38,130 nucleotides of DNA from a bacterium (GCA_041487495.1 JBGPNN010000003.1:1-38130); one strand, 5' to 3'; shown: positions 1 through 11,391, counted from the stretch's first letter. Translations and numbers: made by a program. Notes: generated by a model from the letters alone, not told the origin.

Positions 1-1194
1 ATGTACCGTTCCGGGGCGTTCGATGCCGCGATCCGTGTCGCGCTCGACCGGGCCGGCGAGATCATTGAACTAGATCGCGCGATCAGCGGGAGCCGAAAGG
101 CCGAACGCCATCCCGTGCAGGTGATCTGCGAGGCCTGCGGCAAGATCGGGACGACCGTGATCACCGGATGGGACGGAACGCTCGTGTCCTACGAGTGCCG
201 ACCGGACAAGGTGCCGTGGGCGATGGGGTGCGGACACACGGGCCGGCGGTCGCCGTTTGCGGGCGGGAGCAAACTACAGTACATCACAGAGTGGGCGGCC
301 AAGTGGAAGATCCTGGGCGTGACCATCGAGGCCGCCGGCAAGGACCACATGACGCGCGGAGGCAGTCACGACCGTGCCGTGGCAATCGTCGAACCGATCT
401 ATCAGACGGGGCCGCCCTTCTCGTTCTCGTACGAGTGGTTCTTAGTCGGCGGGAAGAAGATGCGATCGAGCACGGGGTTCGGCACCCCGGCCGCGGAGTA
501 CGCTGACCTGCTGCAGCCCGACCTCGGACGTTTTGGCATCGTGCGACCCCACTATCGCCAGCACGTGAATTTCGATCCGGGGGGGGAGACCATCCCCTTG
601 CTCTATGACGAGTTTGATCGAGCCGCCGCCGCGTTCTTCGGTCACGAGGAAGACCCCGATCTTTCCCGGACCTATTACTACTCCGCGGTTGGGGGGATTC
701 TGCCCGATGCGTTCCGGATGCGGTTTGCGCGGCTCGTGCACTTGAGCCAGATCCCCGAGGCCGATCTGGAAGCGGAGGCCGAACGGGAGAAAGGGACGCC
801 GTTGAACGACGCCGACCGCCGGGAACTGGCGGCGCGTCTGGAGGACGCTCGACGGTGGCTGCAGACGTACGCGCCGCCCGCGTACCGGTTTGAGATCCAG
901 CCGCAGTTGCCTGAGATCGCGCGGAGTCTGACGCCCGAGCAGCGTCAATTCCTGAGGGATCTGGTGCCACTGGTTGAGCGGGTGGCCGGAGGGGAGGCGC
1001 TGCATGCCGAGATCCACGCGTTAAAGGGACAGCACAACCTGTCGCCGAAGGCGGCGTTCGGCGCGATCTACCTGGCGTTCCTCGGGAAGGACTCCGGCCC
1101 GCAGGCGGGATGGTTCCTCGCGGCCCTTGACCGGGACTTTGTTGTCCGGCGCCTGCAGGACGCCGCATCGTTGCCAGAAGGGTCGCGTACGTGA
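1..1194 (+). CDS. lysS: Lysine--tRNA ligase, class I (5' part outside the window)
   Basis: Zn-knuckle CEACG...CGH, WAAKW, AGKDH..RGGS, KMSKS-like KMRSS motif and C-terminal anticodon-binding GKDSGPQAGWF, all typical of class I LysRS. The N-terminal HIGH motif is absent, so the gene starts upstream. Confidence 0.9.
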   Translation: MYRSGAFDAAIRVALDRAGEIIELDRAISGSRKAERHPVQVICEACGKIGTTVITGWDGTLVSYECRPDKVPWAMGCGHTGRRSPFAGGSKLQYITEWAAKWKILGVTIEAAGKDHMTRGGSHDRAVAIVEPIYQTGPPFSFSYEWFLVGGKKMRSSTGFGTPAAEYADLLQPDLGRFGIVRPHYRQHVNFDPGGETIPLLYDEFDRAAAAFFGHEEDPDLSRTYYYSAVGGILPDAFRMRFARLVHLSQIPEADLEAEAEREKGTPLNDADRRELAARLEDARRWLQTYAPPAYRFEIQPQLPEIARSLTPEQRQFLRDLVPLVERVAGGEALHAEIHALKGQHNLSPKAAFGAIYLAFLGKDSGPQAGWFLAALDRDFVVRRLQDAASLPEGSRT

Positions 1195-2150
1195 GGAGTG
1201 AGGCGCTGGACATCCTCGTCCTGGCCCGGATCGAGGATCGCCACGTGGCGCAAATCCGGGCCGTCGATCCGCAGATTCGCGTCCAGGTCACAACCGACGG
1301 GGAGCGCGCGCAAGCGCTGGCCGAGACGGCGGAGGTCATCGTCGCCTGGCAGATCCCGGAAGCGATGATGGAACGGGCGAAGCGACTGAAATGGATTCAC
1401 GCTGTCGCGGCGGGTGTCGACACGCTCTTCTTCCCCGCCGTATTGGACGGCCGGGTGATCTTGACGAGCAGTGTCGGGATCCACGCGGTCGCCTTACCGG
1501 AGCACGTGATGGCGTTGGTCCTGGCGTTTGCTAAGCGGCTGCACCGCGCGATCCGGAGCCAGATGGCCCATCGTTGGGACCGCCCGGGCACGATCGGCGA
1601 GGAGCTGGAAGGAAAGGTCCTGGGCGTCCTGGGTCTGGGGGCGATAGGACGGGCCCTCGCGGTCCGGGCCTCGGCATTTGGGATGCGTGTCATCGGGACG
1701 AAACGGACGCCAGAACCCGTTTCACAGGTTGAACGGGTCTATCCACCCGAAGGGACCGACGAGGTGTTGCGGCAGGCGGATTTTGTCGCGGTCATCCTGC
1801 CGCTGACGCCGGCCACGCGTGGGCTGATCGACGCGCGGGCCCTCGCGCTGATGAAGTCGACCGCCGTCCTGATCAATGTCGGCCGCGGAGCGGTCGTCCA
1901 GGAAGCGGCCCTGGTGGACGCGTTGCGCGCACACAGGATCGCCGGCGCAGGCCTGGACGTGTTCGAACGTGAGCCGCTACCGGCCGACAGTCCGCTGTTC
2001 GACATGGAGCACGTGATTATCACCCCGCACGTGTCGGGGGCATCGCCCACCTACTTCGACCGGGCCATGCCGCTGTTTTGCGAGAACCTGCGCCTCTACC
2101 GGGCCGGGCAGCCCCTGGTCAACGTCGTGGACCCGGCGCGAGGGTATTAG
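1191..2150 (+). CDS. D-2-hydroxyacid dehydrogenase
   Basis: GLGAIG Rossmann motif, INVGRG, LDVFEREPL and TPHVSG catalytic His. GTG start overlaps the lysS stop (GTGA). Confidence 0.92.
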   Translation: MRSEALDILVLARIEDRHVAQIRAVDPQIRVQVTTDGERAQALAETAEVIVAWQIPEAMMERAKRLKWIHAVAAGVDTLFFPAVLDGRVILTSSVGIHAVALPEHVMALVLAFAKRLHRAIRSQMAHRWDRPGTIGEELEGKVLGVLGLGAIGRALAVRASAFGMRVIGTKRTPEPVSQVERVYPPEGTDEVLRQADFVAVILPLTPATRGLIDARALALMKSTAVLINVGRGAVVQEAALVDALRAHRIAGAGLDVFEREPLPADSPLFDMEHVIITPHVSGASPTYFDRAMPLFCENLRLYRAGQPLVNVVDPARGY

Positions 2151-2166
2151 GGGACGTGGAGGAGGC

Positions 2167-4263
2167 ATGCCGTTGAAAGCGTACCCACCCGAGCACATCC
2201 GCAACATTGCCGTGGCCGGCCACGGCGGGACCGGGAAGACGTCGCTGGTGGAGGCGATGCTCTTTCAGGCCAAGGCCATCGACCGGATGGGGAAGGTGGA
2301 CGACGGCACGACGACGACGGACTTCGACCCCGAGGAGATCCGCCGGCGGCACACGATCAATGCATCACTCGCACCCCTGGAGTGGGACGGGATCAAGATC
2401 AACTTGATCGACACACCCGGCTACCCGGACTTCGTTGCGGAGATGGTCGGCGCGCTACGGGTGGTGGAGGGCGTCCTGATCGTGGTGGATGCCGTCGCCG
2501 GGGTCGAAGTGCAGACGGAGCAGGCCTGGTCCCGCGCGGATGCCCACGGTCTCGCCCGGATAGTCGCGGTGAACCGTGTCGACCGAGAAAACGCCAACTT
2601 CGACCGCACGGTCGACGCGTTGCGCGAGAGGTTTGGGACCGGCGTCATCCCCATCCAGGTTCCCATTGGGGCCGAAGCGGGCTTCAAGGGCGTCGTGGAC
2701 CTGCTCGCGATGAAGGCCTACCTGGAGGGTGAGGACAAACCGCAAGAGATCCCGGCGGATCTGCGGGACGGCGCGACCGCGGCGCGGGAGCGCCTCACGG
2801 AGGTCGCGGCCGAAAGCGACGACGCCCTGGTGGAGAAGTACCTGGAAGCCGGCTCCTTGACCGACGAGGAGCTGCAGCGCGGGCTCGTCACGGGCGCGCA
2901 GGCCGGGAAGATCATCCCGGTGGTGGCCGCAGCCGCCACCAAGCGCATCGGCATCGCGCAGGCCCTGCACGCTATCGCCGGCCTGACGCCGTCGCCGGCG
3001 CACGCCGGCGCGGTGACCGGCACCCACCCTCGCAACGATGCCGAAGTCACAGTCGAACCGACCGACCGCGGGCCCTTTGCCGCGCTCGTCTTCAAGACCC
3101 TGGCCGATCCCTATGTCGGGCGGCTGTCGTACTTCCGCGTGTACGGCGGGTCCTTCGCGTCAGATTCGCAGGTGTTGAACTCGACGCGCGATAAGGCCGA
3201 GCGGGTCGGCCAGCTGTTCTGCCTGAGGGGCAAGCATCAGGAGCCCACATCCAGGGTCGGACCGGGCGATCTCGGCGCCGTGGCCAAGCTGGCCGAGACG
3301 CAGACAGGCGATACGCTCTGCGGAAAAGACCACCCGCTGCGTCTGGCGCCCATCGAATTTCCCAGCACCGCGATCTCGATGGCGATCGAGCCGAAGAGCA
3401 AGGCGGATGAAGACAAGATGGGCAACGCGCTGCACCGGCTGGCCGAGGAAGACCCGACCTTCACCGTGCGCCGTGATCCGGAGTTGAAGCAGACGGTGAT
3501 CTCCGGCATGGGCGAGTCTCACCTGGAGATCATGGCCGACCGGCTCCGGCGTAAGTTTGGCGTCGAGGTGCTTCTGTCGGTGCCGCGCGTTCCATACCGT
3601 GAAACGGTCAGAGGCAAGGCCCAGGCCCAGGGCCGGCACGTCAAACAGAGCGGCGGCCGGGGCCAGTATGCAGTCTGCTCCCTCGAAGTGGAGCCGTTGG
3701 CGCGCGGGGGCGGATTCGAGTTCGTCGACAAGATCCACGGCGGCGCCATTCCCAACCAGTTCATCCCATCTGTCGAGAAGGGCGTCAGGAAGGCCCTGGA
3801 GGAAGGCACGCTGGCCGGCTATCCGGTGCTGGACTTGCGTGTGACCCTCTTCGACGGAAAGTACCACGATGTCGACTCTTCGGATATCGCCTTCCAGCTC
3901 GCCGGGGGCGTGGGGTTCAGGGAGGCGAGCGCGAAGGCCGGGATCGTCCTCCTGGAACCAATCCTGGATATTGCCGTCAGAGTGCCTGAGGAACAGATGG
4001 GCGATATCATCGGTGACCTCAACGCCAAGCGGGCGCGGATCCTGGGCATGGAATCCCAGGGCGACAGTACGACGATCGTCCGGGCGCAGGTCCCACAGGG
4101 CGAAGTCCTGCGCTATGCGTCCGATCTCCGATCGATCACGGGCGGCCGCGGGACGTTTACAGCGACGTTCTCCCACTACGATCCGGTACCGGCGCACATC
4201 GCCGACAAGGTGGCCGCCGAGGCCCGCCGGCAGAAAGAGGAGGCCGAGAGCCAGCGGGCATAG
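2167..4263 (+). CDS. fusA: Elongation factor G paralog (EF-G2-like)
   Basis: GHGGTGKT, DTPG, NRVD, GMGESHLEI, KQSGGRGQY and HDVDSS motifs; strong SD GGAGGAGG. Confidence 0.92.
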   Translation: MPLKAYPPEHIRNIAVAGHGGTGKTSLVEAMLFQAKAIDRMGKVDDGTTTTDFDPEEIRRRHTINASLAPLEWDGIKINLIDTPGYPDFVAEMVGALRVVEGVLIVVDAVAGVEVQTEQAWSRADAHGLARIVAVNRVDRENANFDRTVDALRERFGTGVIPIQVPIGAEAGFKGVVDLLAMKAYLEGEDKPQEIPADLRDGATAARERLTEVAAESDDALVEKYLEAGSLTDEELQRGLVTGAQAGKIIPVVAAAATKRIGIAQALHAIAGLTPSPAHAGAVTGTHPRNDAEVTVEPTDRGPFAALVFKTLADPYVGRLSYFRVYGGSFASDSQVLNSTRDKAERVGQLFCLRGKHQEPTSRVGPGDLGAVAKLAETQTGDTLCGKDHPLRLAPIEFPSTAISMAIEPKSKADEDKMGNALHRLAEEDPTFTVRRDPELKQTVISGMGESHLEIMADRLRRKFGVEVLLSVPRVPYRETVRGKAQAQGRHVKQSGGRGQYAVCSLEVEPLARGGGFEFVDKIHGGAIPNQFIPSVEKGVRKALEEGTLAGYPVLDLRVTLFDGKYHDVDSSDIAFQLAGGVGFREASAKAGIVLLEPILDIAVRVPEEQMGDIIGDLNAKRARILGMESQGDSTTIVRAQVPQGEVLRYASDLRSITGGRGTFTATFSHYDPVPAHIADKVAAEARRQKEEAESQRA

Positions 4264-4296
4264 AACGTCGGTCCCGCTGGTTATAGGAGTAGCCGC

Positions 4297-6063
4297 GTGA
4301 TGAGCCGGGGTTTTGTATCCAGCGAACTCAAAGAAGAGATCCGCCGGCGTATCGACGTGGTCGCCTTGATCTCGACCCAGGCGTCGCTGAAGAAGTCTGG
4401 TCGTTATTACAAGGGACTGTGCCCATTCCATCAGGAGAAGACCCCGTCGTTCCATGTCGATCCTGAACGGGGTCTGTTCCACTGCTTCGGTTGTGGCCGC
4501 GGCGGGGACATCTTCGATTTCGTCATGCAGACGGCCAACCTGACGTTCAACGAGGCCGCCGAGGATCTGGCCCGGCGGGCCGGCGTGCCGTTCGATACCT
4601 CCCCGCAGGCGGCGCAGCGGGCCTCGGAGCGCGAGCAGTTGATGCGCGCGCTGGATGCCGCGCGGGCGCACTTCCGGGCGATGTTGAAAGTGGGAAGGAA
4701 GGCGCAGACCTATCTGGCGACCAGGGGCGTGAGCCCAGAGATCGCCGAGCAGTTCCATCTGGGATACGCCCCACCTGGGTGGGACGGCCTCTTGAACGGT
4801 CTGGGAGCCAAGGGCTACGCACCGGCGCTGCTGGAGAATGCGGGTGTGGTCCAGGCCAGATCGGCTGGCGAGGGATACTTCGACATTTTTCGGGATCGCC
4901 TGATGTTCTCGATCCTTGATTTACAGGATCGGGCTGTGGCGTTCGGAGGACGGGCGCTCGACGGGTCGGAGCCGTCGTACCTGAACTCCCGCGAAACACC
5001 GGCTTTTGCCAAGGGCCGCACGCTCTACGCTCTGAACGTGGCTCGAGAAGTCATACGGGAGCAAGGGGAAGCCCTGATCGTCGAGGGATACATGGACGTG
5101 CTGGCGGCGCATCAATTCGGGTTCCGGAACGCGGTGGCGTCGCTGGGGACCGCATTGACCGCCGACCACGTGGTCCTGCTGCGCCGCTTCGCGCCGAGGG
5201 TCGTGTTGATCTACGACTCGGACGAAGCGGGTGAGCTGGCCACCGAGCGGGGGCTGACGCTCTTCGAAGAAGCGGAAGTGACGGCTCGGGTGGCGGTGCT
5301 GCCGGCGGGGGAGGACCCGGATGACTTCCTGCGCAAGCGGGGGCCGGAGGCCTTTGCGCGGGTCCTGCGGGATGCTCTGCCCATGTTCGAGTACCGGGTC
5401 GAGCGCGCCGTCCGGAAGCACAGCCCGGCGACCCGGGAAGGGAAGATTGCCCTGGCCGACGAAGTTCTTTCTGTTATACAATCGGTGGCGAACCCTGTCC
5501 GGAAGGCCGAGTACCTTCGGGCGCTGGCCGAACGGTTTGATTTGCCGGAAGACGCACTTCGGCAGCGGCTGCGCGCCCGGCAGCGGTCGGGCCGAGCAAC
5601 GGCGACCGACGGCGGGACGGTGGCCCTGAGTGGGGACCGGGCCCGCGAGACGGCGGAACGGCTGCTCTTGCACATGATGGTACGGGAGCCCGGCCGCCGG
5701 AAAGAGATCGCTCGCTGGCTTTCGGCCGAGTCGTTCGTCACCCCCTCACATCAGAAGCTGGCGACAGCGCTCCTCTCGGCACCCGACGCGGAGGCCGAGG
5801 CGCTTCGCGAGCGGCTGGACGATGACGCCGCGGGCCTGCTCATGCACTTCGTGTTCGCGGAGCCGCCCGTGAGCGAGCGGGACAAGGAGCGCGCAGTCGC
5901 CGACGCGCTGCGATACCTGACGCACACCGAGCCGGCCGAACTCGAACGCCGGCGGCTCTGGGAGGCGCTGCAGGCAGCACAGGTGCGCGGGGACGACGGG
6001 GAAGTGATGCGGCTACAGGCATTGTACGCGGAGTTGGTCATGACCGCCAGGCGCGGCGGGTAG
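4297..6063 (+). CDS. dnaG: DNA primase
   Basis: CPFHQEKTPSF...CFGC zinc finger, TOPRIM motifs EGYMDV, YDSD and DPDD; lies directly upstream of rpoD. Confidence 0.97.
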   Translation: MMSRGFVSSELKEEIRRRIDVVALISTQASLKKSGRYYKGLCPFHQEKTPSFHVDPERGLFHCFGCGRGGDIFDFVMQTANLTFNEAAEDLARRAGVPFDTSPQAAQRASEREQLMRALDAARAHFRAMLKVGRKAQTYLATRGVSPEIAEQFHLGYAPPGWDGLLNGLGAKGYAPALLENAGVVQARSAGEGYFDIFRDRLMFSILDLQDRAVAFGGRALDGSEPSYLNSRETPAFAKGRTLYALNVAREVIREQGEALIVEGYMDVLAAHQFGFRNAVASLGTALTADHVVLLRRFAPRVVLIYDSDEAGELATERGLTLFEEAEVTARVAVLPAGEDPDDFLRKRGPEAFARVLRDALPMFEYRVERAVRKHSPATREGKIALADEVLSVIQSVANPVRKAEYLRALAERFDLPEDALRQRLRARQRSGRATATDGGTVALSGDRARETAERLLLHMMVREPGRRKEIARWLSAESFVTPSHQKLATALLSAPDAEAEALRERLDDDAAGLLMHFVFAEPPVSERDKERAVADALRYLTHTEPAELERRRLWEALQAAQVRGDDGEVMRLQALYAELVMTARRGG

Positions 6064-6085
6064 AGCAGGCGCCGGGTAGACGACG

Positions 6086-7195
<1,110 letters not shown>

Positions 7196-7243
7196 GCGGG
7201 CGTCGGCGGCCGCCATCCTCGTCGAGAGATCGCGGGGTGGTCC

Positions 7244-7936
7244 ATGGCTATGGTGCGGTGGCTCGCGGGAGTCGCCGCGTTTCTTGTCGCAGGGAGCGTC
7301 GTCGCCGTGTTGCCGACGGCGGCGGGCCCTTCCACGCTTACGCTGTTTCCTACGCGAGGATGCCGGTGGGACAAGATCCCGACGGTTACGATTGCGGGCT
7401 CCGAAACCGACCCGCGGGTCCCCCTGGTCCACGACGCCATTGCGTTTTGGAATCGTCTGCTGGAGGATATCGGTACACCATTTCGGATCGGCGCGGCCGC
7501 GGTAACCCAGCAGACGGTCGCGAACGACTACCTCATCGGGGTGAGCGAAGGCATCGTTGGCGGGGGCAGCCAGCCGAACTTCCCCGAGGAGATCAAGCAA
7601 ATGAGCGGAGACCTGATCGTGGCGCTGTCGTCTGCCGACTTGATTTCGTTCTCGACGTGCCCGTGGCCAGGACAGCGTGTGCTGGTGGGCATCAGGTACC
7701 ATCGGCTGCCGCCGCTTACGCTTCCGAACGTTCCGCGCAACGTCATCGCTCATGAGCTCGGTCACGCGATCGGCCTAGGGCACAATAACGATCCAACCAA
7801 GCTGATGTGCGGGCGGCCGGCGCCGTGCCGGCCGGCCGCTTTCGCCTCGCCGGCCGATCGGTATTTCCCCGTCGCCGATGAGGAAAAGGCCTATCTCTTG
7901 CGACTCTATCCGAGGAACTGGCAGCCGTCTCGCTGA
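7244..7936 (+). CDS. Secreted matrixin/M10-like zinc metalloprotease
   Basis: N-terminal signal peptide; [11 protein letters not shown] metzincin motif followed by a Met-turn (KLM). Confidence 0.85.
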   Translation: MAMVRWLAGVAAFLVAGSVVAVLPTAAGPSTLTLFPTRGCRWDKIPTVTIAGSETDPRVPLVHDAIAFWNRLLEDIGTPFRIGAAAVTQQTVANDYLIGVSEGIVGGGSQPNFPEEIKQMSGDLIVALSSADLISFSTCPWPGQRVLVGIRYHRLPPLTLPNVPRNVIAHELGHAIGLGHNNDPTKLMCGRPAPCRPAAFASPADRYFPVADEEKAYLLRLYPRNWQPSR

Positions 7937-7964
7937 CGGCAAATTGGGCCAACATACGTGCGAG

Positions 7965-9260
7965 GTGAGCGAATTGGCGGGGCCGAAGACGGCGCAGAAT
8001 TCCACAGCACATGATGTGCGTGACTTAAACCTGGCGTCCGAAGGTCTGCGGCGAATCGCCTGGGCCGAGCGCGAGATGCCGGTCCTGCGGCGCATCCGTG
8101 AGCGGTTCACGCGCGAGCAGCCCCTTCGGAACCAACGCATCGCGGCCTGTCTCCACGTCACAACAGAGACCGCGGCGCTCATCCTCACACTGCGGGCCGC
8201 CGGCGCGCAGGTGACGTTGTGTGCCAGCAACCCGCTGTCCACGCAGGACGACGTGGCCGCGGCGCTGGCCGCCGAGTACGGGATTGGCGTCTACGCGATC
8301 CGGGGCGAGGACCGCGACACCTACTACAAGCATATCCACCAGGCCTTGAGCCTGCGGCCGCACGTGACCATGGACGACGGCGCCGATCTGGTGTCGACGG
8401 TCCATTCGGAGCGGACAGAACTGATCGAAGACGTGATCGGTGGCACCGAAGAGACAACCACGGGTGTGATCCGGCTGCGGGCGATGGCACGCGATGGCGC
8501 GCTGCGGTATCCGATCATCGCGGTCAACGACGCGAAGACCAAGCATCTGTTTGACAACCGCTACGGTACCGGGCAGTCGACGCTCGACGGGTTGCTGCGC
8601 GCGACCAATGTCCTGCTGGCGGGCAAGACAATGGTGGTTTGTGGCTACGGGTCGTGCGGGCGCGGCCTGGCGATGCGGGCACGAGGCATGGGCGCGCGGG
8701 TCATCGTGACCGAGGTGTCGCCGCTCCACGCGCTGGAAGCGGTGATGGAGGGCTACCAGGTCCTGCCGATCGGCGAGGCGGCGCGCCTGGGCGACATCTT
8801 CATCACGGTCACCGGGAACCGCGGGGTGATCCGCCGTGAGCACTTCGACGTGATGCACGACGGCGCGATCCTGGCCAACAGCGGGCACTTCAACGTCGAG
8901 ATCGATATCCCGATGCTCGAGACGATGGCCACGAGGCGCCGGAAGGCGCGCGAAAACGTCGAGGAGTTCGTGCTACCCGATGGCCGCCGGATCTACCTGC
9001 TGGCCGAAGGGCGGTTGCTCAACTTGGCGGCGGCCGAGGGGCACCCCGCAGCCGTCATGGACATGTCGTTTGCCAACCAGGCGCTGTCGGTGGCACACAT
9101 CGTGCACTCGGTCGGGCAGATGGAACGGACCGTGTACTCCGTGCCGCAGACGATTGACGAGGCGGTGGCGGTGCTGAAGCTTGAAGCCATGGGCGTCGGG
9201 ATCGACACGCTCACCGAGGAGCAGCGGAAGTACCTGGAGTCCTGGCAAGAAGGGACGTAG
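7965..9260 (+). CDS. ahcY: Adenosylhomocysteinase
   Basis: [40 protein letters not shown] and MDMSFANQ motifs. Start placed at an in-frame GTG (7965) after the upstream gene ends. Confidence 0.95.
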   Translation: MSELAGPKTAQNSTAHDVRDLNLASEGLRRIAWAEREMPVLRRIRERFTREQPLRNQRIAACLHVTTETAALILTLRAAGAQVTLCASNPLSTQDDVAAALAAEYGIGVYAIRGEDRDTYYKHIHQALSLRPHVTMDDGADLVSTVHSERTELIEDVIGGTEETTTGVIRLRAMARDGALRYPIIAVNDAKTKHLFDNRYGTGQSTLDGLLRATNVLLAGKTMVVCGYGSCGRGLAMRARGMGARVIVTEVSPLHALEAVMEGYQVLPIGEAARLGDIFITVTGNRGVIRREHFDVMHDGAILANSGHFNVEIDIPMLETMATRRRKARENVEEFVLPDGRRIYLLAEGRLLNLAAAEGHPAAVMDMSFANQALSVAHIVHSVGQMERTVYSVPQTIDEAVAVLKLEAMGVGIDTLTEEQRKYLESWQEGT

Positions 9261-9290
9261 CCGGCCGAGCCGCGAGTCCCATAAAGTCTG

Positions 9291-9329
9291 AGAAGACCGG
9301 TCGATGGAATGAGTGTGGACCGGTCTTCT
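9291..9329 (+). repeat. Perfect 12-bp inverted repeat spanning the comF start
   Basis: AGAAGACCGGTC (9291-9302) / GACCGGTCTTCT (9318-9329), 15-nt loop, followed by a T-rich tract. Confidence 0.7.
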
Positions 9330-10101
9330 TGATTTGTTGTTTCCTCCGCGCTGCGCGGGCTGCGGCGCGCGTGGAGCCCTGTTCTGCGACCAGTGCGTGG
9401 GTGGACTGCACTGGATCCGGCCGCCGATCTGCGCGCGGTGCGGCGACCCCTTGCCCGCCTGCGTGGTCAGCCGGCCCCGGGGTGGGCCGGGTGCGCCACG
9501 GGAACCCGCCTGGCTGGACCTGTGCCGGTCGTGCGTTCGCCGGCCTCCGGCATTCGCGCTGGCGCGATCGATTGCCGTCTACGGTGGGTCGCTACGCGAG
9601 GCCATCCACGGCTTCAAGTACCGGGGCAGGCGGCCGCTCGCGGATCCCCTGGGGCGTCTGCTGGCGGCTGCGGCGCCCCCGGAGACCTTGCGGGCCGTGC
9701 GCGCCGTGGTTCCGGTGCCCCTGCACGCCCGGCGGCTTGCCGAACGCGGGTTCAACCAGGCCGCCCTGCTTGCCGAGGCTGTGGCTCGCGCCGCGGCCGT
9801 CCCCTGCCTGCCGGACGCTCTCCGGCGGCTGCGGCAGGAAGTCCCACAGGCAAAACTGGGCGCCGCGGACCGGCACCGCAACGTACGCGGGGCCTTCGCG
9901 CCCGGACGGTCGCAGATCTCCGGGACGGTGCTCCTCATCGACGACGTCTTCTCGACGGGCGCGACCGCTGAGGCCTGCGCCCAAGCGCTTCTGGAAGGGG
10001 GTAGCGGCCGCGTGGTGGTGTTGACGCTGGCCCGGGCGGTCCCTGGGGCGTTGGTCGGGACGGCGCTGGCCAGCCTCCTGAGAGGGACGGGAGAGACATG
10101 A
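9313..10101 (+). CDS. comF: ComF family protein (double zinc ribbon + phosphoribosyltransferase)
   Basis: LFPPRCAGC..CxxC..CxxC..CxxC, VPVPLH..R..ERGFNQA, LLIDDVFSTGAT. Confidence 0.92.
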   Translation: MWTGLLDLLFPPRCAGCGARGALFCDQCVGGLHWIRPPICARCGDPLPACVVSRPRGGPGAPREPAWLDLCRSCVRRPPAFALARSIAVYGGSLREAIHGFKYRGRRPLADPLGRLLAAAAPPETLRAVRAVVPVPLHARRLAERGFNQAALLAEAVARAAAVPCLPDALRRLRQEVPQAKLGAADRHRNVRGAFAPGRSQISGTVLLIDDVFSTGATAEACAQALLEGGSGRVVVLTLARAVPGALVGTALASLLRGTGET

Positions 10102-10835
10102 GCGGTTACAACGCATCGTCCGCAGCGCGGGCACGGGCCGCCCGTGATGGTCTCTCGGCGGCGGGACTCTGGGTCCTGATCGAATTCGCCGTCCGGGATA
10201 TCGCGGGGGAGGGATTGCTGCGTCTGCTCAGGCTCTTTGGGTGGATGAAAGATCCGGGCGACGCGTTCCGGCTCGACGCCGTGATGCTCTGGCCGGCCAT
10301 GTTGATGCTGGCCTTCGTGTTTTATCGGCGCATCGGGCGCGACAGATTGAACCTGCGTGACCTGGGTTATCGGTCCTGGCGATCGTCGATTGTCATTGGT
10401 CTGGCCGCCAGCGTGGTGCAGGTAGGGCTCTACGCGGCAGCGGCGCACATCGACACGGCGCTGTTTGGCGTGAGCACGGTCGAACGATTCCGTGAGGCGG
10501 CACGCCGCGCCGGCGCATGGACGGCAGTCGTCGTCTTGCCTGCAAACGGCGTGCTCGGCCCGGTCATTGAGGAACTTGCCTGGCGAGGCTACATCCAAAC
10601 CCGTCTGATTCAGGGGTGGGGACCGGTCCGCGGTATCGCCGCCGCGTCCTTCCTGTTCGCGCTGAAGCACATCATCGTGGACCGCTCGGCCTTTCGCACC
10701 GCATCCCTTCTCGCTGGAGGACTGGCGAAAGGCGTGGTCGCGTTCTACTGGGGAACGTCGGCCTCAACGGTGATGCATGTGCTCCTCAACTTCCTCACCA
10801 CGGGTTCCTTCTATCTGGAGCTCTTCCACCAGTAG
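10098..10835 (+). CDS. CPBP/Abi family intramembrane glutamic endopeptidase
   Basis: Multiple hydrophobic segments; EELAWRG, FALKH and HxxxN (MHVLLN) motifs. Confidence 0.85.
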   Translation: MSGYNASSAARARAARDGLSAAGLWVLIEFAVRDIAGEGLLRLLRLFGWMKDPGDAFRLDAVMLWPAMLMLAFVFYRRIGRDRLNLRDLGYRSWRSSIVIGLAASVVQVGLYAAAAHIDTALFGVSTVERFREAARRAGAWTAVVVLPANGVLGPVIEELAWRGYIQTRLIQGWGPVRGIAAASFLFALKHIIVDRSAFRTASLLAGGLAKGVVAFYWGTSASTVMHVLLNFLTTGSFYLELFHQ

Positions 10836-10955
10836 TGTCCGGTTTTCGCGCTCACCCCCCCAACTGCTGCACACGGAGGTCGATAGGTAGTGTGAACGCG
10901 GACCGCCGGAGGGACTTCCCCGTGTTGTCCCTCTGAGCACAGGAGGGGATGAGAG

Positions 10956-11351
10956 ATGAAGACGATCGGTACGGTTGTACTCCTCATGTTGGTGGTGGCC
11001 GGTGTGGCCGCCGGAGGGTCGTTCGCGCAGGCGGGGCCCGCGATGAGCGTCGCCCTCGCCCAGTGTCATGCGTCTGAGGGGAGTTCGCGTTGCCGGCCGC
11101 TCACCGAGCGCCTGGCCATGATGCTTGAAGAAGGCGCGGACTTCGCCAACGGCTACGGCAGCGTCGGTGCCAATGAGGTCGGCCAGGCGGCGACGCCCGA
11201 GCATGGTCTCACAGAGCACGTCGGGGCTGTGCTGTACGGGCTCGCGGAACTGGTGGTGCGGGAAGTGTACAACCACTTTCTGCAGGGCGGCGGTCTTCCG
11301 CTGGTGCTCGACACGCCCGCCGACTCACGGTTCTTCGATCCGGCCAGGTAG
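10956..11351 (+). CDS. Secreted small protein; candidate precursor for the adjacent SdpAB-like enzymes
   Basis: SD AGGAGG, Sec-type signal peptide (MKT + hydrophobic stretch + SFA|QA), one Cys pair, position upstream of sdpA/sdpB-like genes. The precursor role is inferred from context. Confidence 0.7.
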   Translation: MKTIGTVVLLMLVVAGVAAGGSFAQAGPAMSVALAQCHASEGSSRCRPLTERLAMMLEEGADFANGYGSVGANEVGQAATPEHGLTEHVGAVLYGLAELVVREVYNHFLQGGGLPLVLDTPADSRFFDPAR

Positions 11352-11360
11352 CGGCAGGCT

Positions 11361-11391
11361 GGGGGAGGGGAGGAGCGTCATCCCCTCCCCC
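11361..11391 (+). terminator. Strong hairpin (mRNA stabiliser or leaky terminator) after the precursor gene
   Basis: GGGGGAGGGGA / TCCCCTCCCCC, perfect 11-bp stem with a 9-nt loop and no long U tract. Confidence 0.65.

Noticed and set aside
7878-7964. SAH/SAM riboswitch or N-terminal extension before ahcY
   Set aside because: Only 28 nt are intergenic, no recognisable aptamer, and the extension overlaps the protease gene.
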